Below, piece by piece: positions 11,186-54,173 of a stretch of DNA of 64,000 bases; position 1 is the first letter of the stretch; every line of letters begins with the position of its first letter. The stretch spans positions 95,914,001 through 95,978,000 of the forward strand of contig NC_042998.1 in NCBI RefSeq assembly GCF_006345805.1, given 5' to 3'. Both the position numbers and the translations under genes were made by a program. The notes below the pieces were generated by a model. The model worked only from the letters and a program-made list of their open reading frames with translations, was not told the origin of the DNA and did no database searches. Source of the stretch: Octopus sinensis. Taxonomy: Eukaryota.

Positions 11186-11939
11186 AGATGTGGCAAAATA
11201 GAATTTAAACACACAGGGTGAACAAAAATGAAAAATAACTGAATTATTTTTCAGGGAGAATGTACAAAAACCATAACAGAGATTTTTACACACGACTAAT
11301 TGAAATACACAGAAGCCAATTTGTTGACAGAAGTTAGTGTGCGAGTTAAAGAGAGAAAGAGTGAAAGAAACAGACATAGACTAAAAGAGAGGAATTATTA
11401 CAGAGGATGAGAGAGAATATGTGTAAGAAAGAGAAACAGAGAATGAGAAAAAGAGAGAGAGAAGAGATAAATAAACAGAGAGAGAATCAGTTGAAAACTG
11501 CAGAAGTTTTTAAAGAAAAATCCATATAAAACTCCGTTTTTCCCAGTTTTTCACTTTATGCAGGAGTTCTGGGCAAAATCTTATAGTGCATGACCCTCCC
11601 TGGCACATAAGTAATGTGTGTGTAAAGTTTGGTAAAAATTGGTTGAAAACTGTAGAAATGAATATGTATTACACACATCCTTTGTTTTATATTTACAGGT
11701 GAGAAGCAGTTTGAATTATTGATAGAATGGGGTACTTTTGATGTTCTCTTTCTAGTGAGACTTTACAAGAGAAGTTTTGAGCAAAGCACAAGACACTGCC
11801 TTTTCTTTTACTTGCTGAGTCTGGAGGAAGGGGCAGGATCCCTGACTCTTGCATACCCACCACACTGGTGAGTTTGATGCTAATGTTCCATTTAAACTGT
11901 CACTGGTTAACACCTGCTGGAAAGTCATAAACAAAGAGG

Positions 11940-12790
11940 AGATTCCAGAGGGCCATATGGAGGAAAAGGGAGTTGAACATAAGGGTGATGAGAGTTACAG
12001 AGGTAAGTGGATCATGTGCGCATGAGTGGCAAAAGTATAAGACCAGCCAACTCTGAGGAACAGAGGCCATTATAATAACAACAGAAAAGATAGAGAGAGG
12101 AGACAGCACACCTGTGGGGCTAGAGACTGAAGTGTGCCCTACCTAGAGAATATTTTTCATTGATACCACATTCTACAGTCTCATAGCTATTAAGAAAATT
12201 AGGCATAAATGAGTGGATTGTGAAAGCCATATAATGTGTTAATGAGTTGGCAGCTAGTAATAAATTCAGTAAAGAATTTAGAGTGCAAGTGTCCACCAGG
12301 ACTCAGTTCTCAGCTTCTGTTTATTACAGCTCTCCAGGTCATAACAGTGGAGTTTAAGATTAGGTGACTGAGAAAACTTCTGTATGCCGATGAGCTAATT
12401 TGCATGGCTAATCTGTCAATGAGTTGGAGAAGAAATTTCAAGTGTTGAAGCAAAACTTTGACCCAAAGTATCTTAAAGTAAACCAAACAATGATAAAAGT
12501 TGGTGGAAAAGAAGACAGGACTCCACTGCCATTTGGCAAGTGGTCAAGCTCATATGCATTAAAGAAATAAAAAGGAAATCTATAATGTGTACCCAACGTA
12601 AACTATGGTTACATTGGAGATGCATCTGTGTCACAAGACGGAATTAATATGCAGCAGATGCACAGGAGTAGTTAACACTGAAGACCACTTGTAAAATAAA
12701 GTCTTTCAAATGTTCTGAATGCTCTCTAGTAATTGATATCTCCATTACCTAGGTAACTAAATTAAGGGTTTGGGTATTGCAAAAGCATAG
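11940..12790 (+). mobile_element. RTE LINE reverse-transcriptase fragment (degenerate)
   Basis: LRKLGINEWIVKAI, VHQDSVLS-like and LLYADEL (YADD-like) remnants, with frameshifts. Confidence 0.75.
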
Positions 12791-12920
12791 TAGCCAGGGT
12801 ACAAAGTGAGTGAAAGTAATTGGGAGAGATATTACTTCTACTAGCAACAGATGGATATTCTCTTGGATGAGAGGACAGATTGTGTGTTGCTTGTGATGTT
12901 ACATGATAGTGATATTTTTT

Positions 12921-13120
12921 TCTTTTACTTGTTTCAGTCATTTGACTGTGGCCATGCTGGAGCACCGCCTTTAGTCGAGCAAATTGACCCCAGGATTTAT
13001 TCTTTGTAAGCCTAGTACTTATTCTATCAGTCTCTTTTGCCAAACTACTAAGTTATGGGGATGTAAACACACTCCCATCAGTTGTCAAGCAATGTTGGGG
13101 GGACAAATACAGACACACGA

Positions 13121-13169
<49 letters not shown>

Positions 13170-13329
13170 TATATGACGTGCTTCTTTCAGATTCTGTCTA
13201 CCAAATCCACTCACAAGGCTTTGGTCGGCTCGAGGCTGTAGTAGAAGCCACTTGCCTGAGGTGCCATGCAGTGGGAATGAACCCGGAACCATGTGGTTGG
13301 TAAACAAGCTACTTACCACACAGCCACTC
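12921..13329 (-). mobile_element. SINE family A, full length
   Basis: tRNA-like A box (TGGCTGTGTGG) and B box (GGTTCATTCC), internal (TA/CA)n, 3' aagtaaaaga tail. Confidence 0.9.
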
Positions 13330-14145
13330 AAATGAGGACATTTAATGTGAAGGATGTGCAAAATTTGGAAAGAAATAAAATAAGCAAGCTACATTGAATG
13401 AATAACATTAATGTACTTGAATGACAGAGCACAAGCAGGGAGGTTAGAGAAAAACTAGGTACGTAATGAATAAGAAACAGTATGAAAGAAAGATGACTGA
13501 GCTGATACAGATATGTGCTATGTATGGAAGATAAAGGGTGGGTTGGATAAAAAGAGTTCCAAGCAGTGCACATAAAAACAAACCAACAGAAGAAGAATGA
13601 GGAAGACATGAGTAGAAGTGGCCGAACTCCAGAAAGGAAATAATAAAGGACCAACAATTGGTGAGATACTGGAAAAGTTTGCACAAAATGATGATGACAA
13701 GGATTATGATGATGATCCTTGCTCAGGACAAGACATTATTTATTAAGAGAGAAAACAGGATAAGAATGATGGATGGTAAAAATCATATTCTGAGTTAAAA
13801 TCTTGTCATGATTAACTTTGCCCTTAATCTTTACTGTATCAATAAAATGAATACATATCAAACACTAGTATCAATTTGTTCCCCAACAAGACCAAATCAA
13901 TAAATAATTGGCTATGAAGTGCGAAAGAGAAAAGACTGAACTGGTCTGGACATGAAAAATACATGAAGCATAACTGTTGCATAAATCATAACAAGAATGA
14001 TTTACACAATTGATTACCAATCACAAACAATAAAAAAGAATTTAAATGTAAGTATACACACACAAATGTGTATATGTGTGTGTGTATACACATATATGTA
14101 TGTGTGTTTTATAGCATTATTCAGAAATCCCTTTAGCCCTTAAAT

Positions 14146-14767
14146 CAGTGATTCTCAACCATTTTTTGCTTATGGATCCCTTTGGTTCATATTTTTTCTC
14201 TACTGGACCCCCATAGCCATTTAATGTTTTAAAAAATCCTATTATATTTTTATAATTAAATATTAATAGGAATTGTGTATTCTTTTATACCTTTATTTGT
14301 TTCAGTCATTTGACTGTGGCCTTGCTGGAGCACTGCCTTTAGTTGAGCAAATCAACCCCAGGACTTATCCTTTGTAAGCCTAGTACTTATTTTATCAGGC
14401 TCTTTCACTGAACTGCTAAGTTATGGGGACATAAACACACTTGCATCGGTTGTCAGGCGATGGTGGGGGAACAAACACAGACACAAAAACGTACACACAC
14501 ACACATATATATATACACACACACATGATAGGCTTCTTTCAGTTTCCGTCTACCAAATCCACTCACAAGGTTTTGGTCACCCTGAGACTATAATAGAAGA
14601 CACTTGCCCAAGGTGCCACACAGTGGGACTGAACCTGGAACCATGTGACTGGGAAGCAAGCTACTTACCATAACCACTCTTGCACCTATTGTAGAAGTAT
14701 AATCAATTTATTACACATAGATTTTTAACAGCAAAATCTTATATAGACCCCCAACTGTGAACCACTG
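14146..14767. mobile_element. hAT-type MITE with a SINE A inserted
   Basis: CAGTGATTCTCAA ... GAACCACTG termini; 8-bp flanks ccttaaat / atttaaat; related sequence at about 28440-28750. Confidence 0.72.
14281..14688 (-). mobile_element. SINE family A, full length, nested in the hAT MITE
   Basis: Match to 12921-13329 and 35546-35954. Confidence 0.88.
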
Positions 14768-14823
14768 ATTTAAATGAAAAATAAAATGAAGTCATCTTGC
14801 ATATGCATAATATACACATATCC

Positions 14824-15882
14824 TATGAGGTGGTATCAAAAAGTTTCAGGACTAGCTATATTTAATAAAAAGTAACTTATTTATCTAAGTTTAAACGGTC
14901 ACTTTGCACAGCAATACACTGGTCCCAGCATTCCAGCCACTTTTGGAATCTGACCTTGAAGTTATTTTCAGTAATTGAATAAAGGACCTTCTGTGATTCA
15001 CTCTGGATCTTGACAACAGCATTAAAATAGTGACCATTTAGCCACATTTTTGTCTTGGGGGAGAGAGAGGGAAGTCTGCAGGTGCTAAATCTAGTGAATA
15101 GAATGAGTGCAAAAGTGATACCATGTTGTTTTTGAGGAGAAAATCATGGGGGAGGAGAGCTCAGTGACAGGGTGCACTGTCATTATGAAGAAGCCAATTC
15201 TTCGTACTCCACAGATCCGGTCGCTATTGCCAAATGTCCACTCTCCTCGATTGACAGTCTGGTCCAGGGGGACAAATTCTTGAAGCACGATACATTTCCA
15301 GGGTGATGCTTATGGCAGGTTTTCCAGATTGCTCATCTTCTTCCAGGGTACATTCTTCCACTTTTGAAGTGCCTGTGCCACTTTAAACATTGCATACAAT
15401 CAATTGCCTTGTTGCCATAAGCTTGCTGAAGCATGCTCAATGTCTCTACAGCAGGCTTCCCAAGTTCAACACAAAATTTTACATTGGCTCTTTGTTCCTG
15501 TCCATGACAAAAATCACATATATGTAATCACAAAAACACAAATTTCACAACTTGCAAAGTAAACACAGAGATGTCACTTGGCACACTGCCTCATGAAGGT
15601 CACTGCTAGCTTTCACTGCACATACAACTGTGTGTTGCCATCTATTGGCATGCTACCAAACTAGTCCAGGAACTTTTTGATACCATTTCTTTTATTCTTT
15701 TACTTGTTTCAGTCATTTTGACTGTGGTCATGCTGGAGCACCGCCTTTATTCGAACAAATCGACCCCAGGACTTATTCTTTGTAAGCCTAGTACTTATTC
15801 TATTGGTTTCTTTTGCTGAACTGCTAATTTTCGGGGATGTAAACACACCAGCATCAGTTGTCAAGTGATGTTGAGTTTGGGG

Positions 15883-15917
<35 letters not shown>

Positions 15918-16109
15918 CATACATACATACACACACACACACAACGGGCTTCTTTCAGTTTCCGTCTACCAAATCCACTCACAAGGTTTTGATCAGCCTG
16001 AGGCTATAGAAGACACTTGCCCAAGGTGCCACACAGTGGGACTGAACCCACAACCATGTGGTTCGTAAGCAAGTTACTTACCACACAGCCACTCCTGCAC
16101 CATCTCGTA
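14824..16109 (-). mobile_element. Internally deleted mariner (DD34D) transposon with a SINE in its TIR
   Basis: TIRs TA-TGAGGTGGTATCAAAAAGTTTCAGGACTAG / CTAGTCCAGGAACTTTTTGATACCAT[SINE]CTCG-TA. Minus frames give EQRANVKFCVELGKPAVETLSMLQQAYG and NWLLHNDSAPCH*..YSLDLAPAD (34 residues D-to-D). Confidence 0.92.
15687..16101 (-). mobile_element. SINE family A, full length, inserted in the mariner TIR
   Basis: Family match; ACCAT present on both sides. Confidence 0.9.
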
Positions 16110-16817
16110 TGTATTCTTCAATGGGAATAGAATGAAGGTGGCTTCTTTCAAGGTAGTACATTTTTACAATATATCAAAATTTATCATATTTCTGTTGAAA
16201 TACATTACATGTATCTTAATTTTGAAAATAATGAAGAATTTAAGAAAATGACTGTTATTATTAAGTTAGTGGATGGAATTTTTGACTTAAATAAAATATG
16301 ACTTCAATAAAATAATAGGATTTAGATATGGATTAAATTAAATAAAAAATAAAATAAAATTTACAAAATGGTTGCAGTGTTGTTTATTGATAAAATAGGG
16401 AATTCACATGTAAGAAAAATTCTTCCAACACAAAGAACCCTATTCATACAAGCATGTATGAGTGGGATACTTTACATCTTCGTTAATTTTGCTACATGCC
16501 CAGCAATTTTGAGGGGAGGGGTAAGTAGATTACACTGACTCCCAATACTTGACTAGTACTTCATTTTACTGATGCTGAAAGTAGACTTTGGTCAGATTTG
16601 ACTCAGAATGCAACGAGATGGAACACATGCTGCTAAACATTTTGTCCAACATTATAATGACATTATTAGCTTATTGCCATTTTTTATAGCTATAAAATTA
16701 GATGTAAAAAATGTAAAAGAAAGTTTCTCAAAGTTATAAAATACAATAACTGAAGATAGGTTGCATGAGTAAAGAAATCACAGAAACAGATAAAAAATTA
16801 AATATTATATCATCTAT

Positions 16818-17189
16818 CTCTTTTACTTGTATCAGTCATGTGACTGTGGCCATGCTGGAGCATCGCCTTTAGTTGAGCAAATCGACCCCAGGACTTATCC
16901 TTTGTAAGCCTAGTACTTATTTTATCGGACCCTTTTGCCGAACCATTAAGTTACGGGGACGTAAACACGCCAGCATCGGTTGTCAAGTGATGTTGGGGGT
17001 GGGGACAAACATATATATATATACATATATATGACGGGCTTCTTTCAGTTTCTGTCTACCAAATCCACTCACAAGTCTTTGGTCGGCCCGAGGCTACAGT
17101 AGAGGACACTTGCCCAAAGTGCCATGCAGTGGGACTGAACCATGTGGTTCGTAAGCAAACTACTTACCACACAGCCACTCCTACACCTA
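16818..17189 (-). mobile_element. SINE family A, full length
   Basis: Family match. Confidence 0.88.
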
Positions 17190-18372
17190 TGTGATATTTT
17201 CATTTTTTTTTTTATAAAAATGATATAATGAACAAAATTGCATTGTAAAAGGGATGGAACCAAACCCTCCAAGAAGAAGCTTGCATTCAAGAACATCTAA
17301 TAACCTTGCTCTGAAATCTAAAATTTCTCTCTGCTCTCTCAAGTTCCTCGCATAAGAACTAAAGTTGTTATTCAGACATAAATTAAACAGATCTATGGAC
17401 TGATCTAGAATATTCTAGCCATAACCATCTGTCTTTTTATGGGTATCAAGGACTAGATTACCTAATATGTACTTTATTTTTTCAAAGTAACAGGGTAGAA
17501 TTTGAGGGAGATTTGGCTGCTATGTCACAAAGGATGAACAATTACATACAGGTTCTATCTATGTATCAAGACATTGTACCCTAAGAAATATAGGTTTTTC
17601 TTGTATACCCAGAGACAGTAGCTATAAAACAGATTTTTTTTTATATAACCAGACATTGTGCCCAAACAAATATAGGGTCTTTCTGTATACCCAGAGACTG
17701 TACTCAAGCAAAAAGTGGCAACAACAATTGCAAGGACACAAGTTGATAAACAACATTACTAAGACACAAAGAGATTTTGAAAATAAAAGCAATTTCAATA
17801 TGATACTTATCAAGTAGCACACATTCAATATTATTAAGGCCTTTACAAAACTATTCCAGGTCTGTAGTACTATGTGCATTAACTATTTCAGGTTTTTGGT
17901 ACTATGTACATAAACTTACACTGAATTGGCTTGTTTACCAAGTTAGCAAACAGTCTTCATAAATCTTGTATCAGCACAACAGTTTTTTTCACCTTTGCTT
18001 GGAAACAGGAAAAGATTGGTGACAAGAAAGGTATCCAGTTGTTGAAAATCTGTCTGACTCTTGTGAGTATAGAAAAGTGGACTTTGAAAAACTGATGATG
18101 ACAGTGATGTAACTTAAAAAAAAACTTGTACTGATTTTAAAAGAGAACTGTGAAGAAGAAAATGTCTTTGAGCATTTAGTTTTGTCTCTCTGCAATCTAC
18201 GTTCAAATGTAGTTTGGGCCAATTTTGCCAGAGTACCAAAGACATACTCAGCAACATACTACACTACAACTACCAACTCACAAACATGCATATTTTTCTT
18301 TTATTGCTACAATTGCAGCTCATACACCTTCCAAATCCTGCCTCTCATCTTTTAATATTTCTTACTGTGAAA

Positions 18373-19470
18373 GCTGCAAGCTGGCAGAATCGTTAGCACA
18401 CCAGACAAAATGCTTAGTAGCATTTCATCTGTCTTCATGTTCTGAGCTCAAATTCCACTGAGATCAACTTTGATTTTCCATCCTTTTGGGGATAAAAGGT
18501 AAAGTACCAGTTGAACACTGGGGTTGATGCAATTGCCTAACCTCCTCCCTTGAAATTGCTAGCCTTGTGCTAAAATCTGAAACCAATATTTCTTACTGTG
18601 TCATACCACTCCTGTCTGCTTACTTCTTCCGCCCTCACAACATAAACCTTTGGAATTCTCTCTCTTGTCATATATGTCCATGCCAACATTAACTTGAAGA
18701 ATATTCAATGGAATTTTCAGCCACAAACTCACTAGAATGCAATAACATGCAAAGATCACGGGCATAGATCATGCTCTTCTAATTAATCAGTTACAAACAA
18801 ATAAATAAACAAATTATTATAATTGTTTCTAATTTAGGCACAAGGCCAACAGTTTTGAAGAGAAGGGAGGGGTTAGCTAATACTATCAACTGCAGTAAAT
18901 GACTGGTACTTTATTCTATCAACTCCAGAAAGATAAAAGGCAGAGAAGACCTTGGGATTTGAACTCAGAATATAAAGAATGGGAATAAATACAGCAAGAC
19001 ATTTTTCAAGCAGCCCTCTAGCATGTCACTTGTGCTAATTTACATAGTAGGCCAGCAATTTTGAGGAGAAGGGTTACTTGATAAACATGGACCCCAGTGT
19101 TATATTGGTACTTCATTTTATTGGCACTAAAAGAATGAAATGCCAAGTTGGCCTTGGCAGGATTTGAACTCAGAACATAAAGGGCCAGAAGCAATATGGT
19201 AAGGCATCTCATTCCAATGCTTTAATGAATCTGCCAGTTTACTACAATAATAAAATAATTCTAATTTTAGCACAAGGCCAGCAAAAAAATGTAGGAATAT
19301 GTGAATTATATTGTCCCTGTGTTCAAGTGGTATTTATCTTAATTGATCCTGAAAGGATAACAATGTTGGCCTTGGCAGAATTTGAACCCAGAATGTAAAG
19401 AACTGGAAGAAATGCCACAAAGCATTTTGTCTGACTTGCTAACAAGCCTGTCAGCTTTGCCACCTTAATA
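18373..19470. mobile_element. Cluster of four degenerate SINE D copies (one +, then three - in tandem)
   Basis: + at 18373-18580; - at 18828-19010, 19050-19245, 19258-19470; shared gatttgaactcagaa motif. Confidence 0.75.
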
Positions 19471-20344
19471 ATGATGATTACGATAATTGGTTCTTATTTA
19501 GGTCAGTGTAAACACAGTTGCGTTAAGAAGCTTGCTTTTGTTAACATAGTGCAGGTTAAATCCATTGTGCGATACCTTAGGCAAGTCTCTTCCACAATAG
19601 CCTTTATGTTAATGAATGCCCAATGAGTGAAATGTATTTGGAAGCCAGTTTTACATACATATATACATTATGTATACAAGTGTGTGTGTGTGTGACAGCC
19701 TCAGGATATTGAACCTTTCAGATGTGGTGACAAAACCAAGATACCTGGTGCCTTGTACTCAAAGAGACCCGTCCTCCACAGCAGAAGCGTTAAGGCCAGT
19801 CCCTCTGGTGAAGAGGATTGACTCACAGGTCTGATACCACATGAAAAGCACTTGTCAGTTCCATGTAAAAGTGCTCATGCAGGTGCCATGTTTAAAGCAC
19901 CCAGTACACACTGTAAAATGGTTGGCATTAGGAAGAGTATCCATCAGTAAAGACCAAGCCAGATGAGAGTGGAACCTGGTGCCCCAACTTGCCAGCTCTG
20001 GTCAAACTGTGCAACCCATGCCAGCATGCAAAACAGACATTAAAGGATGGTGATTATATATGATGATTTATATACACACACACACGTGTGTGTGTGTGTG
20101 TGAACTGGGACTCTGTCAGGTGTAGTACTACTACTACTACTACAATAAAAATAAATAGAATAAGAGTAAAATAGAAGTAGAACTAATCTCACAAGAAGAT
20201 TGTAGTCAGCGATCAACACTGAGATGAAAATGAAAGAAAGAAAAAGAATAGATCAGAAGGTGAAGAAACAGCTATGATAAATTTATGGTATTCAGACAGA
20301 GAAATTTTATATGTATATGCATGCACACATACCATTTAGCATGC

Positions 20345-20457
20345 ACAGGATTTAAATATGAGCTACTATATGTTTTATACCTCTGATAATATAAGCTTGT
20401 CTGACCACTGTATTATAAGAGGTATGAAATTTATTGTAGCTTACATTTAAATCCTGT
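20345..20457. repeat. Hairpin, 49-bp arms, 15-nt loop
   Basis: 41/49 match between 20345-20393 and the reverse complement of 20409-20457. Confidence 0.85.
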
Positions 20458-20877
20458 ATATATTAAATGATATTTATTTCTCACTGGACAGAGCACTTTT
20501 TCTCTTCATCCCACCAACACCATATATATATGTATGGTGTGTATGTATATATACACACACACACACACACACACTCATTTAAAAAGCATCCAGTCCATAC
20601 TATCAAGTGGTTGGCATTTGGAAAGGCATCAAGCTGTAAAAACCATGCCAAAACTGATCTCATCCATGCTGGTGCCACATAAATAACACTTAGTCCACTT
20701 GGCAGGGTGGTTGGTGGTAGGAAGAGCATCCAGTCGTAAAAACCATGCCAAAACAGATACAGAAGTATGGTGCAGTCATCTGTCTGGCCAGCTCCTGTCA
20801 AACCATCCAACCCATGCCAGCTTGGAAGGAGGACATTAAATGATGATGATGACACACACATATATAAATATATAAGC

Positions 20878-21625
20878 ACAGGTATGGCTGGGTGGTAAGA
20901 AGTTTGCTTCTCGTCCACATTATTCTGGCGTTCAGTCCCACTGTGTGGCATCTTGGGCAAGTGTCCTCTACTATAGCCCTGCAACAATCAAAGCCTTGTG
21001 AGTGGATTTAGTAGAGAGAAACTGAAAGAAGCTTATTCCATATATGTGTACATGTCTGTGTGTCTTTGTGTTTGTCCCCTCACCACTGCTTCACAACTAG
21101 GGACCAAGAGAATAAGTACCAGATTTTTTAAAATTTAGTAATCGAAATCAAATTCAATGACTGGCATCCGTGCTAGTGGAATGCCAAGAGCATCATCTGA
21201 GCGTGATCGTTGCCAGAGCAGCTAACTGGCTTCCGTACTGGTGGCACGTAAAAAGCACCATTTGGGCTTGATCGTTGCCAGCGTCACCTTACTGGCACTT
21301 ATGCTGGTGGCATGTGAAAAAACATTCGAGCAAGGTCGTTGCCAGTGCCACTGAACTGGCTCCTGTGCAGGTAGCACATAAAAAACACCATTTGAATGTG
21401 GCCATTGCCAGTACCACCTGACTGGCCCTCATGCTGGTGGCACATAAAAGCACCCACTACACTCTCGGAGTGGTTGGTGTTAGGAAGGGCATCCAGCTGT
21501 AGAAACTTTGCCAGATCAGACTGGAGCCTGGTGCAGCTATCTGGTTTGCCAGTCCTCAGTCAAATTGTCCAACCCATGCTAGCATGGAAAGCAGACGTTA
21601 AACGATGATGATGATGATGATGATA
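20878..21625 (+). mobile_element. Composite SINE: A-type head, five ~65-bp tandem units, C-type tail ending in (GAT)n
   Basis: Units start with actggc at 21160, 21225, 21291, 21355 and 21421. Confidence 0.85.
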
Positions 21626-22356
21626 GTAATGGGGGGTGGGGCTGGTTTGTTTGATGAGCCCCTTCAAAGTGGAACCCCAGTATTGCTGCAGTCCAGTGAC
21701 TGAATCAAGTAAAAGATAAAGGATTTATGTGTGTGTGTTGTGTGTGTGTGTGAGTGGTACTGACACCACAGAAGTGGTGGTGATGTTTACATGTCCCCCA
21801 CCCCCCAAAAAGACACCTGTAGTAAAGATTCTATATGCAAAAACAGAGAATAAAGTACATTACTTCAAAAGTAAGGGTTAGTATCAGAAAAAGCATCTGA
21901 TGATAAGAACACTGCTTCCAGAAGTCATGCCCAACACAAGCCATCATGGAAAAAAGTAGATGGAAAATTAACAATGATGATGACTTGAAAATTGAAATCT
22001 TTGAAGAAAAGGTGAGTATTATGATATTCATGCATCTTCCAAGAAAGGGTTCAGTAACATAAATAGAAACGGTGCCAACAAACAATCCAAACTGGCTTTA
22101 GGATTTGGCTGATAGAAACTTACCTGTATTCTAATTATGAACAAAATGCATCCAGCCACAGGAAACACTGCCAAAGCAGACATTGGAGCTTGATGCAATC
22201 CCTAGATTCATCATTGAATCCTGTCAAATCATCCTCCCCAATGCCAGCATAAAAGGTGGATGATAAATGATGATGACAAAATGATGATGATTTGACTAAT
22301 AATATAGTAATGATAATAATAACAAGATGGAGTAGAAGCCAATAGAAGCTAAGATA

Positions 22357-22362
22357 TTTATT
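22357..22362 (-). promoter_or_regulatory. Candidate polyadenylation signal AATAAA for QSOX
   Basis: AATAAA 12 nt after the TGA, followed by a T-rich stretch; the hexamer is common in AT-rich DNA. Confidence 0.35.
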
Positions 22363-22374
22363 GCTTCTCTGCAG

Positions 22375-53071
<30,697 letters not shown>

Positions 53072-53314
53072 CTGAAAAACAAAACAAAATAGAAGAAATG
53101 AAATGTATTAGTGGGAATGACTGATTGGAAATTGGGAAGAAATTCTTGGAGAAATTCATTACCAAATGTTGATACTCATTCATTTGTTTGTTTTACATCT
53201 GTTTTCCATGCCAGCACAGGCTAGATGAATATGAATTCAAAATGTGACTGTGTGTATACTATTGGCAATTTTTTTTTTCCTCCATCTTCCCTTCCTTAGA
53301 CCTTTCCTTTTTCT

Positions 53315-53350
53315 ATGTTTCTGACGAAGAGCTCCGCTCGAAACGTTAAA
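53315..53350 (+). ncRNA. Minimal type I hammerhead-like motif inside a PLE-type tail (about 53270-53450)
   Basis: GUUU CUGACGA A GAGC UCC GCUC GAAA CGUU|AAAU; canonical CUGANGA/GAAA core, weak stem I. Confidence 0.6.
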
Positions 53351-53711
53351 TCCTCCTTCTTTCTTTCCTTCCCTGAGCGTCCAATAACACTATACTTGTT
53401 CCATGTCCTCGTGTTGTGTTTTCCCTTTGTGTTTTCATGTTTGGATTAACTATATATATATATATACAATATATATATATATATATACACAAATATATAT
53501 AAAGGTAAATTTTCAAATTAGGTTGGTAGGGATAAACAATCCGAGCTAGTACTGTATTTACTTTTGGTGGTTAATAATGCTAGCTAACCTCTGAGTGTAG
53601 AAAAACTCCAGTTTATTTTACAGCCCTCAGTAGATCTACACATGAGTAAATCCATATGGCTCTATAGAGACTGCATGTTGTTGATAGAGAAGAAATAAAT
53701 TGATAATAAGG

Positions 53712-53818
53712 AGAACAGAGACTTATATATCCAGCTTTATTTTGCAGTCAATCGTGTTTTTCCACTTGAAAAACACAATTGACTGCAAAATAAAATTAGA
53801 TATATAAATCTCTGTTCT
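53712..53818. repeat. Hairpin, 50-bp arms, 7-nt loop
   Basis: 45/50 match; all five differences are transitions. Confidence 0.9.
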
Positions 53819-53819
53819 T

Positions 53820-54149
53820 AAACAATTGCAGCGTGGAAGGTGTTTATAAGCCATTTAAGAAACACACAAAATCCGTTAGATTCACTTCAACATTTAAATT
53901 TAATTTGTCAAAATATTTTCGTCGCTTTGAGACCACGACCTGTTCACTGACCAGTGACCAGGTCGTGGTCTCAAAGTGATGTTTGATTCACTTCAACATT
54001 TAAATTTAATTTGTCAAAATATTTTCATCGCTTTAAATTTAAATGTTGAAGTGAATCTAACGGTTTTGTGTGTTTCTTAAATGGCTTATAAACACCTTCC
54101 ACGCTGCAATTGTTTTCATTCCAGCACACGATCTCAGATCAAGTCACTC
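53820..54149. mobile_element. Four-segment forward/inverted mosaic of the 6325 repeat family
   Basis: Forward 53820-53950, inverted ~53950-53980, forward ~53983-54035, inverted ~54036-54149. Confidence 0.8.
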
Positions 54150-54173
54150 AATTGATATATATATTGATATATA

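Noticed and set aside
11756-11867. Plus-strand AG...GTGAGT exon-like segment
   Set aside because: One frame is open (RLYKRSFEQSTRHCLFFYLLSLEEGAGSLTLAYPPH) but unrecognisable, with no partner exons found; it would need RNA-seq support.
21160-21460. Five regularly spaced ~65-bp units resembling a CRISPR array
   Set aside because: The whole unit is homologous (no unique spacers), it is internal to a eukaryotic SINE, and there are no cas genes.
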